A DNA stretch of 45,873 nt from Saliniramus sp. (GTDB lineage: Bacteria; Pseudomonadota; Alphaproteobacteria; Rhizobiales; Beijerinckiaceae), in the NCBI RefSeq assembly GCF_035311605.1, contig NZ_DATGCW010000115.1:1-45873 (forward strand), given 5' to 3'. The notes beneath the pieces were generated by a model. That model did no database searches. It was not told where the DNA came from and saw nothing but the letters and a program-made list of their open reading frames with translations. The translations under genes were made by a program, and so were the position numbers. Each line of letters begins with the position of its first letter. Within the stretch, counting starts at the first letter, position 1. This document shows, piece after piece, positions 17,952 to 26,788 of this stretch.

Positions 17952-19331
17952 TCAGAAGCTGCCCAACAGCGTGCCCAGCGTGACCAGCACCACGAGGGCG
18001 ATCAGCGGGATCACCACGGCGACCACCGCGATATCCTTGTAGGCCTGTTTGTGGGTGAGCCCGCAGATCGTCAGCAGGGTGATCACTGCGCCGTTATGCG
18101 GCAGCGCATCGAGCCCGCCCGTCGCCACCGCCGTCACCCGGTGGAGCAGTTCCGGCGATATGCCGGCCGCCTCGCCCATGGCGAGATAGGTCTCGCCCAA
18201 AGTCGACAGTGCGATCGACATACCCCCTGATGCCGAGCCGGTCATGCCCGCCAGCAGGCTGGTGCCGACAGCGAGCGAGATCAGCGGATTGTCGCCGCCC
18301 ACCGTCACCACCCAGTCGCGGATCACCCCGAAGGCGCCGAGCGACGCGATCACGGCGCCAAAACCGACGAGGCAGGCGGTGTTGAAGATTGGCTTGAGCG
18401 AATCCTTGGCACCCGCATCAAGCGTCACCCCGAGGCTGTCGGCGAGACGCCGCCAGTTCAGCGCAATCAGGAGCAGCGAGGAAAAGGTCAGCGCCGCGAT
18501 GATCGACCAGACGCCACGCAGGGCCCCGACATCCGTCGCGCCGAATTCGGGCTGGGCCAGATAGGCGGTATCCATCCGGGGAATGATGACGAAGGTGAAT
18601 GCCAGATTGAGCACGAGCACCATGATCAGCGGCGTCGCGGCAATCGCCAGACCGGGCATGGCGCGCACGATTTCACCCATACCCTCATCCGCGCCTTCAC
18701 CGTAGCCCGGGCCGATCACCCGCGCGCGCCGCTCCAGCCAGGCCCAGCCGAGCCCCAGCATCAGCACCCCGGTGATGATCCCGAGTCCCGGCGCGGCGAA
18801 GGGCGTGGTGTCGAAATACGGCATCGGGATCGCATTCTGGATCGCCGGCGTCCCGGGCAAGGCCGTCATGGTAAAGGTGAAGGCGCCGAGCGCGATCGTG
18901 GCCGGAATCAGCACGCGCGGCAATTGCGCCTCACGAAACAGGGCCGAGGCGATGGGCCAGACCGCGAAGGCGACGACGAAGAGCGAGACGCCGCCATAGG
19001 TCATCACCGCGCAGGAGAGAATCACCGCAAGAATGGCCCGGCGCGGCCCCAGCCCGCGAATGATGCCATCGGCCAGAACCCGTGCCGAGCCGGACGCCTC
19101 CATCAGCTTGCCAAACACCGCGCCGAGCAGGAAGAGCGGGAAATACTGGATGATGAACCCGCCGGTGGCCTCCATGAAGATCTGCGTATAGCTCGCAAGC
19201 AGCGGGCCCTGTTCGGCGACGAGCACCGCAAGGATCGCGAGTGCGGGCGTGAGCAAGAGCAGGCTGAAACCGCGGTAGGCGAGATACATCAGCGCTGCGA
19301 GCGCCGCGATGATGACCAATATGCCCGCCAT
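17952..19331 (-). CDS. GntP-family permease (hydroxybutyrate/organic acid type)
   Basis: About 12 TMs; LLGAVFGKLME.SG.A, TYGGVSLFVV, PGTPAIQN, TGSASGG and LDALPHNG motifs. Confidence 0.88.
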   Translation of the reverse strand: MAGILVIIAALAALMYLAYRGFSLLLLTPALAILAVLVAEQGPLLASYTQIFMEATGGFIIQYFPLFLLGAVFGKLMEASGSARVLADGIIRGLGPRRAILAVILSCAVMTYGGVSLFVVAFAVWPIASALFREAQLPRVLIPATIALGAFTFTMTALPGTPAIQNAIPMPYFDTTPFAAPGLGIITGVLMLGLGWAWLERRARVIGPGYGEGADEGMGEIVRAMPGLAIAATPLIMVLVLNLAFTFVIIPRMDTAYLAQPEFGATDVGALRGVWSIIAALTFSSLLLIALNWRRLADSLGVTLDAGAKDSLKPIFNTACLVGFGAVIASLGAFGVIRDWVVTVGGDNPLISLAVGTSLLAGMTGSASGGMSIALSTLGETYLAMGEAAGISPELLHRVTAVATGGLDALPHNGAVITLLTICGLTHKQAYKDIAVVAVVIPLIALVVLVTLGTLLGSF

Positions 19332-19367
19332 TTGCTCTTTCTCTGCACCCGACAGCCAATGCGATCC

Positions 19368-19410
19368 TGCACTGCAATATCGATAACCCGCGCCTTGCTG
19401 CATCGCAACA
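19368..19410. promoter_or_regulatory. Two TGC-N3-GCA boxes (PhaR/AniA-like)
   Basis: TGCACTGCA (19368-19376) and TGCTGCATCGCAACA (19396-19410) upstream of the permease. Confidence 0.5.
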
Positions 19411-19591
19411 TGAAAGCGCGGAGAGGCCCCTCACGCTGGTGGCGCATCCCTTCCCGCACCGTATGGGCAGGCATGGTTCTTGTGCGCAGCACCACTGCGG
19501 GAGAATGTCGAGCCTGAAAGCAATGCGCCGTCTGTCCACGGCGCGTCACAATGCGGCACGGCCGCACATGAATATCGCGCGGAGGCCGCCC

Positions 19592-20722
19592 ATGTCGCTG
19601 ATCACCTATCTCACCACGATCCGCTTTGGACGCAGCGTCATCGCGCAATTGCACGAAGACATCGCTGCCTGCGGGATGACGAAACCGCTTGTGGTCACCG
19701 ACAAGGGCATCGTCGCCGCCGGCCTGCTCGCCAAGCTCGAAGCGGCGATGGGCGGCGCCCCGCCCGCCATATTCGACGGGGTCGAGACCAATCCCACCGA
19801 GGCAGCGACGCTGGAAGCACTCGCGGTCTATCGGGCTGCGGGATGCGACGGGGTGATCGGTTTCGGCGGCGGTTCACCGATCGATCTGGCCAAGGCGGTG
19901 GCCCTGCTTGCCACCCATCCCGAGCCGCTTTCGCAATACGCCCTGATCGATGGCGGGCTCGCGAGGATCACCAACGCCATCGCCCCGATCATCGCCATCC
20001 CCACCACGGCGGGTACAGGCAGCGAAGTCGGGCGCGCGGCGCTGATGAACCTCGCCGATGGCCGCAAGGTCGGCATCGTCGCGCCGCACATGATCCCGCA
20101 ACGCGCCATCTGCGACCCCGATCTCACCGCCGGCATGCCGCCGCGCCTCACGGCGGCGACGGGGATGGACGCGCTCTCACATTGCATCGAGACCTTCCTC
20201 TCGCCGCGCTTCAACCCGCCTGCGGATGCGATCGCCCTCGACGGGGCCGGGCGGATCATGCGCCATCTCGAACGCGCCGTCGCCGATGGCGCAGACATGA
20301 TGGCGCGCGAGGAGTTGATGATCGGCGCGCTGATGGGCGGCATGTGCTTCCAGAAGGGGCTCGGCGCCGTGCATGGCCTTTCGCATGCGCTCGGCTCGCT
20401 GAAAGAGCCCTCGCTGCATCACGGCACTCTCAATGCCGTGGTGCTGCCGCCGGTCCTGCGCTTCAATGAAGGCCATGCGGGCGACAAATATTCCCGCCTC
20501 GCCCGCGCCATGGGACTCGCCGATGATGCCGATATCGCCGACGCAATCGCCGCGCTCAACGCCCGCATCGGCATGCCCGCCGATCTTGCTGAAATGGGCG
20601 TCGGCAAGCAGGTCATCCCCGATATCGCCCAAAAGGCCGAGCGCGACCATTCCACCGCCACCAATCCGCGAACGGTCACCGCAGCCGATTACACGGCGAT
20701 GCTGGAGGCGTTGACGGGATAA
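19592..20722 (+). CDS. Iron-containing alcohol dehydrogenase, 4-hydroxybutyrate dehydrogenase-like
   Basis: GGGSPIDLAK, PTTAGTGSEV, GMDALSHCIE, HGLSHALG and HHGTLN motifs; GGAGG SD. Confidence 0.88.
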   Translation: MSLITYLTTIRFGRSVIAQLHEDIAACGMTKPLVVTDKGIVAAGLLAKLEAAMGGAPPAIFDGVETNPTEAATLEALAVYRAAGCDGVIGFGGGSPIDLAKAVALLATHPEPLSQYALIDGGLARITNAIAPIIAIPTTAGTGSEVGRAALMNLADGRKVGIVAPHMIPQRAICDPDLTAGMPPRLTAATGMDALSHCIETFLSPRFNPPADAIALDGAGRIMRHLERAVADGADMMAREELMIGALMGGMCFQKGLGAVHGLSHALGSLKEPSLHHGTLNAVVLPPVLRFNEGHAGDKYSRLARAMGLADDADIADAIAALNARIGMPADLAEMGVGKQVIPDIAQKAERDHSTATNPRTVTAADYTAMLEALTG

Positions 20723-20743
20723 GACCGCAACGCCGCGCCTGTG

Positions 20744-21358
20744 TCACAGCAACATCGGCACGACGGAGACGACCAGCAAACCCGCCATCGCATAGTTGAA
20801 GATGCGGGCGCGGGTGCCTTCGAGATAACGCCCGACCAGCGTACCGATGGCGAGCCAGGGCAGGCAGCCAATGGTGGCAGCGGCGATAAAGGTGACTGCT
20901 AGCAGCGTCGCCTGCGGCAAGACGGCCTGATCGACATTGAGATATGCCGCGATCGCCGCCGCACAGACGATCCAGGCCTTGGGATTGACCCATTGAAACA
21001 GGGCGGCGCCGAAAAACCCGACCACCCGCCCGGGCACCTGCGGCTCATCCGTATCCTTTGGCGAACCTTCAGGCGTCACCGGCGCCGTCGCGATCTTCCA
21101 GGCCAGCCAGAGCAGCACGGCGAAACCCACGAGGCGCATACCGATCTGTACGTTCGTATCGGTCAGCAGCACGGTCTGCCCGACACTCACCGCGAGCACG
21201 AAGATCATCATGGCGAAACCGCCGACGATTCCCGCCAGCGCCGGCAAGCCCCGCCTGATCCCGACGGATGCGCCGACGGCGGTGAGCAGCACGTTGTTGG
21301 GGCCGGGCGTCGCAGAGGCGACATAAGCAAACAAGGCAAATCCCCAGATTTCAATCAT
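20744..21358 (-). CDS. LysE/RhtB family amino-acid exporter
   Basis: TPGPNN, LWLAWKIA and FQWVNPKAW motifs. Confidence 0.9.
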   Translation of the reverse strand: MIEIWGFALFAYVASATPGPNNVLLTAVGASVGIRRGLPALAGIVGGFAMMIFVLAVSVGQTVLLTDTNVQIGMRLVGFAVLLWLAWKIATAPVTPEGSPKDTDEPQVPGRVVGFFGAALFQWVNPKAWIVCAAAIAAYLNVDQAVLPQATLLAVTFIAAATIGCLPWLAIGTLVGRYLEGTRARIFNYAMAGLLVVSVVPMLL

Positions 21359-21467
21359 GCTGAAATCTCTCGTGAGCATACCCTCAGGCCACAACCTGAA
21401 GCATGACTGTTTCAGAAACTTCGCGTGTTTACAACGTCATTTGCAATGCCAGGCATCAAACATTGCT

Positions 21468-22676
21468 TCATCCGCGCTGCGCTGCAGCCTCTCCCGACGC
21501 CGCGAGCATATGCACGACGGCGAAGCCGACAAGCGGCAGGATCAGCGCGATGACGAGGAGGTTCGCCCCCGCCCAGCCAAACCAGCCGAGCACGAGGCCG
21601 GGCAGGAAGGCGCCGAGCATCGCAAAGATACCGATCGCGACATCGTTCACCGCCTGCAGCGACAGCGCATGCTCCGGCGCCGCCGTGCGCGCGACGAGAT
21701 AGGATCCGCCGACATAGGTCATGTTCCAGCCGATCCCGAGCAGGATCAGCGTGAATTCGATGGTCGGTACATGCCAGGGATAGAGATAGGCCATTGCCGA
21801 GGAGGCGATCAGAAGCACCCCGCCCGCTACCGTGACGGTGAGGCCCCCCAGCAGCGCGATCACCCGCCCCATGACCAGGGAAGGCAGAAACATTGCCAGT
21901 ACGTGCCACTGGATCGCGAGCGAGATCTGCGTGTAGCCGCAGCCGAGCCCGTCCATGGTGAGGCCGGAGGCGATCATCAGGAGGTTCATGGCACCGTAAC
22001 CAATCGCCGCAAAGGCCATGCCGATGGCGAGCCGGGGCTGCCGCAAGGCATGGCGCACATCGCGCAGCCCGAACTGCGCGGGCGCGGTCTCGGGGCGCGA
22101 GAAACGCGTCGAGAGGATCAACAGCATGATCACGCCCCACAACACGCTGATGCCCAGATAGGCCGACTGGAACACTTCCGGCGAGAATAACGGATGCCGC
22201 GACAGCAACGGCCCGGCAATGGCCGCGAAGGTCCCGCCGAAGACCACGAGCGACATTGCCGTCGCTTTCCTTTCCGGGGCGGCGACTTCGAGCGCGGCGA
22301 AGCGGTAGAAATTCTGATTGGCGAGGCTGACGCCCAAAAGCCCGTGGGCGAGGCAAAGCAGGAGAGGGTCGCCGGTGATCAGCCCGAGATAGCCGACGAA
22401 ACCGCCAGCCGCTCCGCATGAGGCGGCGATGAGAAAGACGGGTTTTCGACCGTATCGCACCATCAGCCGTGCAGATGGATAGGTGGCGATCAAAAGCGTC
22501 AGAAACTGCATGCCGTAGGGCACCGTCGCGAGCCCTTCGGTCCAGCCGAGCTGGCGCGCAACCAGCGCCGACATGGTGACCGAGATCACCGCCGAGGAGA
22601 TCCCCAGACCGTTGGCGAGAGCGAGCTTGGCGACGGCTGCGACACCGGCGCCCTTTGTGGATATCGTGCTATTCAT
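21468..22676 (-). CDS. MFS transporter
   Basis: 12 TMs; YGRK, FYRFAALE, QWHVLAMFLPS and GIGWN motifs; overlaps the upstream stop by 4 nt. Confidence 0.9.
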   Translation of the reverse strand: MNSTISTKGAGVAAVAKLALANGLGISSAVISVTMSALVARQLGWTEGLATVPYGMQFLTLLIATYPSARLMVRYGRKPVFLIAASCGAAGGFVGYLGLITGDPLLLCLAHGLLGVSLANQNFYRFAALEVAAPERKATAMSLVVFGGTFAAIAGPLLSRHPLFSPEVFQSAYLGISVLWGVIMLLILSTRFSRPETAPAQFGLRDVRHALRQPRLAIGMAFAAIGYGAMNLLMIASGLTMDGLGCGYTQISLAIQWHVLAMFLPSLVMGRVIALLGGLTVTVAGGVLLIASSAMAYLYPWHVPTIEFTLILLGIGWNMTYVGGSYLVARTAAPEHALSLQAVNDVAIGIFAMLGAFLPGLVLGWFGWAGANLLVIALILPLVGFAVVHMLAASGEAAAQRG

Positions 22677-23293
22677 TGTCCGGCAACCGTCTTGGAAAGT
22701 GCCACCTGCCCTGCGAGGTCAGTCGGCGGTCGCGGCAAATAGGATTCACCGCTGTCGTAAGCGAGGGTAACGACGAGCGCGTCGGGATTCGCCCGCGAGA
22801 TGATGCGGGCCGCAGCATAATTGGCTCCGCTCGACATGCCGGGAAAGAAGCCGATATCGCGTGCCATGTCGCGCTGCCCCTCCCGCGCCGCTGCGCCATC
22901 GACGATCCGGACGGCATCAATCAGACCAGAGTCGAGGAACGGAGGACCGACACCGACCGCGAACCCTTCGAGCGGATGATCGCGATGGCACGTGCCTGCA
23001 AGATCGCAATCGGGCGGCATGACCAGCTCGCAACGGACGTTCGCGAAATGCTCCCGCAGCCGCGTCGCGATGCCCTGGAAACTCGCGCCGGTTCCTGCTC
23101 CCTTCACCAAGATCAATGCCTGATCAGGCGCGAGGGCGCCCTGGGCGATCGCGCAGCGTAACATGAACCGCGCCGCGCGCGCCTTGTGGCTGCCGCCGGG
23201 CTGAAGCGCCTCCAGCTTCACGATACGATTGCCGATGCGGCGCAGGGGCGTTGGCGAATGGGTAGGGTCAGACGGCATCGGCGATAACTCCAT
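22673..23293 (-). CDS. Cysteine-synthase-like (fold type II PLP) protein, internally deleted; possible pseudogene
   Basis: TPL..KLE...GGSHKAR (PLP Lys), GAGTG, GMSSGAN and DSGESYL retained, but only 206 aa and no TSGN loop or small domain. Confidence 0.75.
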   Translation of the reverse strand: MELSPMPSDPTHSPTPLRRIGNRIVKLEALQPGGSHKARAARFMLRCAIAQGALAPDQALILVKGAGTGASFQGIATRLREHFANVRCELVMPPDCDLAGTCHRDHPLEGFAVGVGPPFLDSGLIDAVRIVDGAAAREGQRDMARDIGFFPGMSSGANYAAARIISRANPDALVVTLAYDSGESYLPRPPTDLAGQVALSKTVAGQ

Positions 23294-23954
23294 GCCGACG
23301 GATCTGCAACTCCGCCATCAGGCCACCGACATGCACATTGTCGGGAATATCCCGCGTCACACAGGCCAGCGGCGCGATGAAAACATCGTGTCCTATGTGG
23401 ATATCACCGAGAACGGGCGCGAATGCGCCGATCTGAACACGGTTCCCGATGGTTGGGTGGCGCTTGCCCGAAGGGTTTCCGGAAATGCCGCGTGCGCCGA
23501 GAATCACGCCATTCAGAGTATAGCAGCAATCTCCGATCTCTGCCGTCGCGCCGATCACCGTATTGGTACCATGGTCTAGTATGAACCGGCGCCCTATCCG
23601 CGCCGCCGGATGTATCTCGGCAACGGTCAGAACCCGCGCACGATGGCTGATTTCGACGGCAATCTGGCGCGCACGCAGATCTTCCCCGCTGCTCCACAGG
23701 AGATGTGAGAGCCGATAGCTCAGTGTCGCCATGAAAGGAGAATGCGGGATCAGCGCATAGCGCGCCTCCCCCATCAAGGCCGGGTCTGCGGCCACATAGG
23801 CCTCGATATCCTCGACGGCCTGACCGCAAGCCGTCTCGATCAGATCGGTCAGTTCGCGGCCATCCCGAAAATTCAGGGGTTGGGACGGATCAAGCTCAAG
23901 ATTGCGGTAGCACAGCCACTTGAGTTGCCGTCTCATAGATTCGTGATGATCCAT
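23268..23954 (-). CDS. Serine O-acetyltransferase-like (CysE family, left-handed beta-helix)
   Basis: ADPA, EIHPAARIG..FILDHG..TVIG.TAEIG and GKRHPTIG motifs. Confidence 0.85.
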   Translation of the reverse strand: MDHHESMRRQLKWLCYRNLELDPSQPLNFRDGRELTDLIETACGQAVEDIEAYVAADPALMGEARYALIPHSPFMATLSYRLSHLLWSSGEDLRARQIAVEISHRARVLTVAEIHPAARIGRRFILDHGTNTVIGATAEIGDCCYTLNGVILGARGISGNPSGKRHPTIGNRVQIGAFAPVLGDIHIGHDVFIAPLACVTRDIPDNVHVGGLMAELQIRRHGVIADAV

Positions 23955-24008
23955 TGCCGCACCATGAAAGTATTTCGATATCCCGCCCCTCTCGACATTT
24001 TAGAGTTG

Positions 24009-24048
24009 CATTGTATGAGTCAATGGAAATAATGTATGCAAAACAATG
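24009..24048. promoter_or_regulatory. Putative MocR-family operator (tandem TGTATG...CAATG units)
   Basis: CATTGTATGAGTCAATG (24009-24025) and AATGTATGCAAAACAATG (24031-24048) in the divergent intergenic region. Confidence 0.5.
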
Positions 24049-24062
24049 CCGGAGTGAGAGCA

Positions 24063-25406
24063 ATGTGGGTCCCCAGACTGGAAGAAGGAATCTCCAGGAC
24101 CGTGGCTATCGTGCGCGCCCTGCGCATGGCGATCGAAACGGGGGAGTTGCCGGCCAATACGCGCCTGCCGGCCCAGCGCGAGCTGGCTCACAGGCTCGGG
24201 GTCAATCTCTCCACCGTGACGCGCGCCTTCGAACAGGCGACGCAGGAAGGGCTGATCTCCGGCGAGATCGGGCGTGGCACATTCGTCATGCCGCAAAGCC
24301 GTGCCGCGAGCCTGTTCGCGGAGACGATCGCCATGGCCGCGCGAATCGACATGGCGCGGATCACGCCACCGCGAATCGATGATGCCGTCATCACCGAGAC
24401 CCTGCGCACGATTCTCGCGGAGCGCGCAGACGAGGCCTTCGCCTATCCTTCCCTGCTGCAATTGCATCGCGGTTGCGACGCAGTGCGCGACTGGATGCGC
24501 TGGCGCGGGTTGACGCGTGAGCCCGCTCATGTGGCGATCACGGCGGGTGCGCAGGCGGGTTTGCAGGCGCTCTTGTCCATGCTGTTGCGCGCCGGCCAGT
24601 CCATTCTCGTCGAAGAACATACGTTTCCCGGCCTGCGCACCACTGCCGATCTGATCGGCATCAAACCCGTCGGTATCACCTGCGATGCGCAAGGATTGAT
24701 CCCGGAGGAACTCGAACAGGCGCATAAGCGCACCGGCGCGACAATTCTCTTCGCCACGCCCAACCTGCAAAATCCCACCGGCGCGATCATGGGACCGGCA
24801 CGGCGCAAGGCCATCGCTGCGACCATTGCGCGCCTCGGGCTGTTGCTGATCGAGGACGACGCCTATGGCAGTTATACCGGGCTCGCACCTCTCGTGTCGG
24901 AATGCGGGCGTCCGCATATCCTCGTCTCGAGCCTGTCGAAGGCCTTCGCGCCCGGGCTGCGTTTCGGTTTCGTGGTGGGGGATCACCCCGCCGTGGCGCG
25001 ACTGGAGAAGGAAGTCTCGATGTCGAGCTGGTTCGCTGCGCCGATCATGATCGAAACAGCGACGAAACTGATCGCCAACGGCGTTGCCATGAACCATGCC
25101 GGGCAGCAGAGACGCATCGTCGACGAACGCTGGCCCGTCGTGAAACGTATCTTTCCCGATGCTCCGGATACACCGCGTACGCATCTGTGGCTGACGACGC
25201 CCTCGGGCGGCAATTTCGCCAGGCTCGCGGAGAAACAGGGTGTCGACATCGCTCCCGCGAGCGCCTTCAGCATGACGCGTCAAGGCGGAGATTTCATACG
25301 CTGCTCGATGACCTCGGTGCGCGATGATGCCGAACTGGCCCTCGGACTGGCCAAGATCCGCGATCTCGGCGCGCATCTGCCGCAGCGCAAGACGATGGCA
25401 GCGTGA
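24063..25406 (+). CDS. MocR/GabR-type GntR regulator with PLP aminotransferase-like domain
   Basis: N-terminal wHTH (RLPAQRELA..LGVNLSTV..GRGTFV); QNPTG, IEDDAY and SLSKAFAPGLRFG motifs. Confidence 0.92.
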   Translation: MWVPRLEEGISRTVAIVRALRMAIETGELPANTRLPAQRELAHRLGVNLSTVTRAFEQATQEGLISGEIGRGTFVMPQSRAASLFAETIAMAARIDMARITPPRIDDAVITETLRTILAERADEAFAYPSLLQLHRGCDAVRDWMRWRGLTREPAHVAITAGAQAGLQALLSMLLRAGQSILVEEHTFPGLRTTADLIGIKPVGITCDAQGLIPEELEQAHKRTGATILFATPNLQNPTGAIMGPARRKAIAATIARLGLLLIEDDAYGSYTGLAPLVSECGRPHILVSSLSKAFAPGLRFGFVVGDHPAVARLEKEVSMSSWFAAPIMIETATKLIANGVAMNHAGQQRRIVDERWPVVKRIFPDAPDTPRTHLWLTTPSGGNFARLAEKQGVDIAPASAFSMTRQGGDFIRCSMTSVRDDAELALGLAKIRDLGAHLPQRKTMAA

Positions 25407-25415
25407 GAACGCGGC

Positions 25416-26342
25416 TCAGGCGCCCGTCGCATCACCGGTGACGAGCCCCGATTCCCATCCCAGAATGGCCCGCTTGCGGGTCAGCCCCCAATGATAGCCT
25501 GTCAGGGCGCCGGAGCGTCCGATCACCCGGTGGCAGGGCACGACGAAGGAGATCGGATTGCGGCCCACCGCCGCCCCGACGGCCCGCGCCGCCTTGGGGC
25601 GCCCGATCTGCCGGGCGATATCGGAATAGGTCGCTGCATGGCCGAACGGGATGCGCAGCAGCGCCTCCCAGACGCGCAGTTCGAAATCCGTCCCGATCAT
25701 GACCACGCGTAGCGGCTGATCCGCACGCCACGCCTCGCGCGAAAACACCCGCGCCGAATAATCCGCCGTCGCGGCGTCATCATGCGTGAAATCCGCATTG
25801 GGCCAGCGCCGGCGCATATCAGAAAGCGCTGCCTCGCGCGCACCGTCATCGACGAAGCCGAGCCCCGCCAACCCGCGCGGCGTCGCCACGACGATCGCCT
25901 CGCCGAAGGGCGTGGGATGATAGCCGTAGAGCATGCCGACTCCATCGCCGCCGCTCTTGAACTCACCCGGCGAGAGCGCCTCGTGCGTCACGAAGAGATC
26001 ATGCAGGCGCGAGGGCCCCGACAGCCCTGTCTCGTAGGCGGTATCAAGAATACTCGCCGAATCCGCGAGCATTCGTTTCGCCGCATCCAGCGTCACGGCC
26101 TGCAGAAACGCCTTCGGCGTCAGCCCGGCCCAGCGCCGGAACAGCCTTTGTACCTGGACCGGGGAGAGTCCGAGATCAGCAGCGATCCGCTCCAGATCGG
26201 GCTGATCGCGCCAGTTCTGCGAGATATGCGCGATGATGGCGCGCACCTGCTCGTAATCGCGGGGCTGCTGCGCGGGATCGGCCACAGGCTCGGGGGGCTG
26301 CGCGCGCGGTTTTGTGGCTGCGACGGTTCGCGATGACGACAT
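25416..26342 (-). CDS. Bifunctional AraC-HTH / methylated-DNA--protein-cysteine methyltransferase (Ada/Ogt-like)
   Basis: AraC HTH, ARAVGAA and active-site PCHRV motifs. Confidence 0.92.
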   Translation of the reverse strand: MSSSRTVAATKPRAQPPEPVADPAQQPRDYEQVRAIIAHISQNWRDQPDLERIAADLGLSPVQVQRLFRRWAGLTPKAFLQAVTLDAAKRMLADSASILDTAYETGLSGPSRLHDLFVTHEALSPGEFKSGGDGVGMLYGYHPTPFGEAIVVATPRGLAGLGFVDDGAREAALSDMRRRWPNADFTHDDAATADYSARVFSREAWRADQPLRVVMIGTDFELRVWEALLRIPFGHAATYSDIARQIGRPKAARAVGAAVGRNPISFVVPCHRVIGRSGALTGYHWGLTRKRAILGWESGLVTGDATGA

Positions 26343-26428
26343 GATCGAACGGGCTCCTGCATCTTCCGGCAGATTAGACGATCTGTGCGGCCACGCGACA
26401 CCCGAATCCGGACATCGGGATGATCTGT

Positions 26429-26710
26429 TCAATCGGCGCTCGGCAGGCGGCGCATGGTGAATTCTATACGCCCGTCCTCCATCACCCGCCAACTCTCGAC
26501 CCGGGTCATGTAGGCGGCCTTGGGATAACGCTCGAACCAGGCGCGGGCGGTCTCGCGGGCCTGCTCACGCGGCAGGCGGAAGGTCTCGCGGCTGAACACG
26601 TCGCGCGCTTGTCCGCGCCGGGCATCAGCGGACGAATCCTGCCGGTTGAACCGATCCGCCACGCGCCGCGCAATGTCTTCGGGACGGTTCCGATTTCCCG
26701 ATCGCACCAT
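26429..26710 (-). CDS. Small conserved-looking hypothetical protein
   Basis: ETFRLPREQARETARAWFERYPKAAYMT.VESW...IEFTMRRLPSAD; fills the cca-ogt gap in the same orientation. Confidence 0.7.
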   Translation of the reverse strand: MVRSGNRNRPEDIARRVADRFNRQDSSADARRGQARDVFSRETFRLPREQARETARAWFERYPKAAYMTRVESWRVMEDGRIEFTMRRLPSAD

Positions 26711-26788
26711 GGCTGTCTGTCCCGCATCTCTTCGCCGCAAGGCATCGCCAGATGCCTGATAGTGCCGCCTTTTCCGGCTTTTGGCGAA

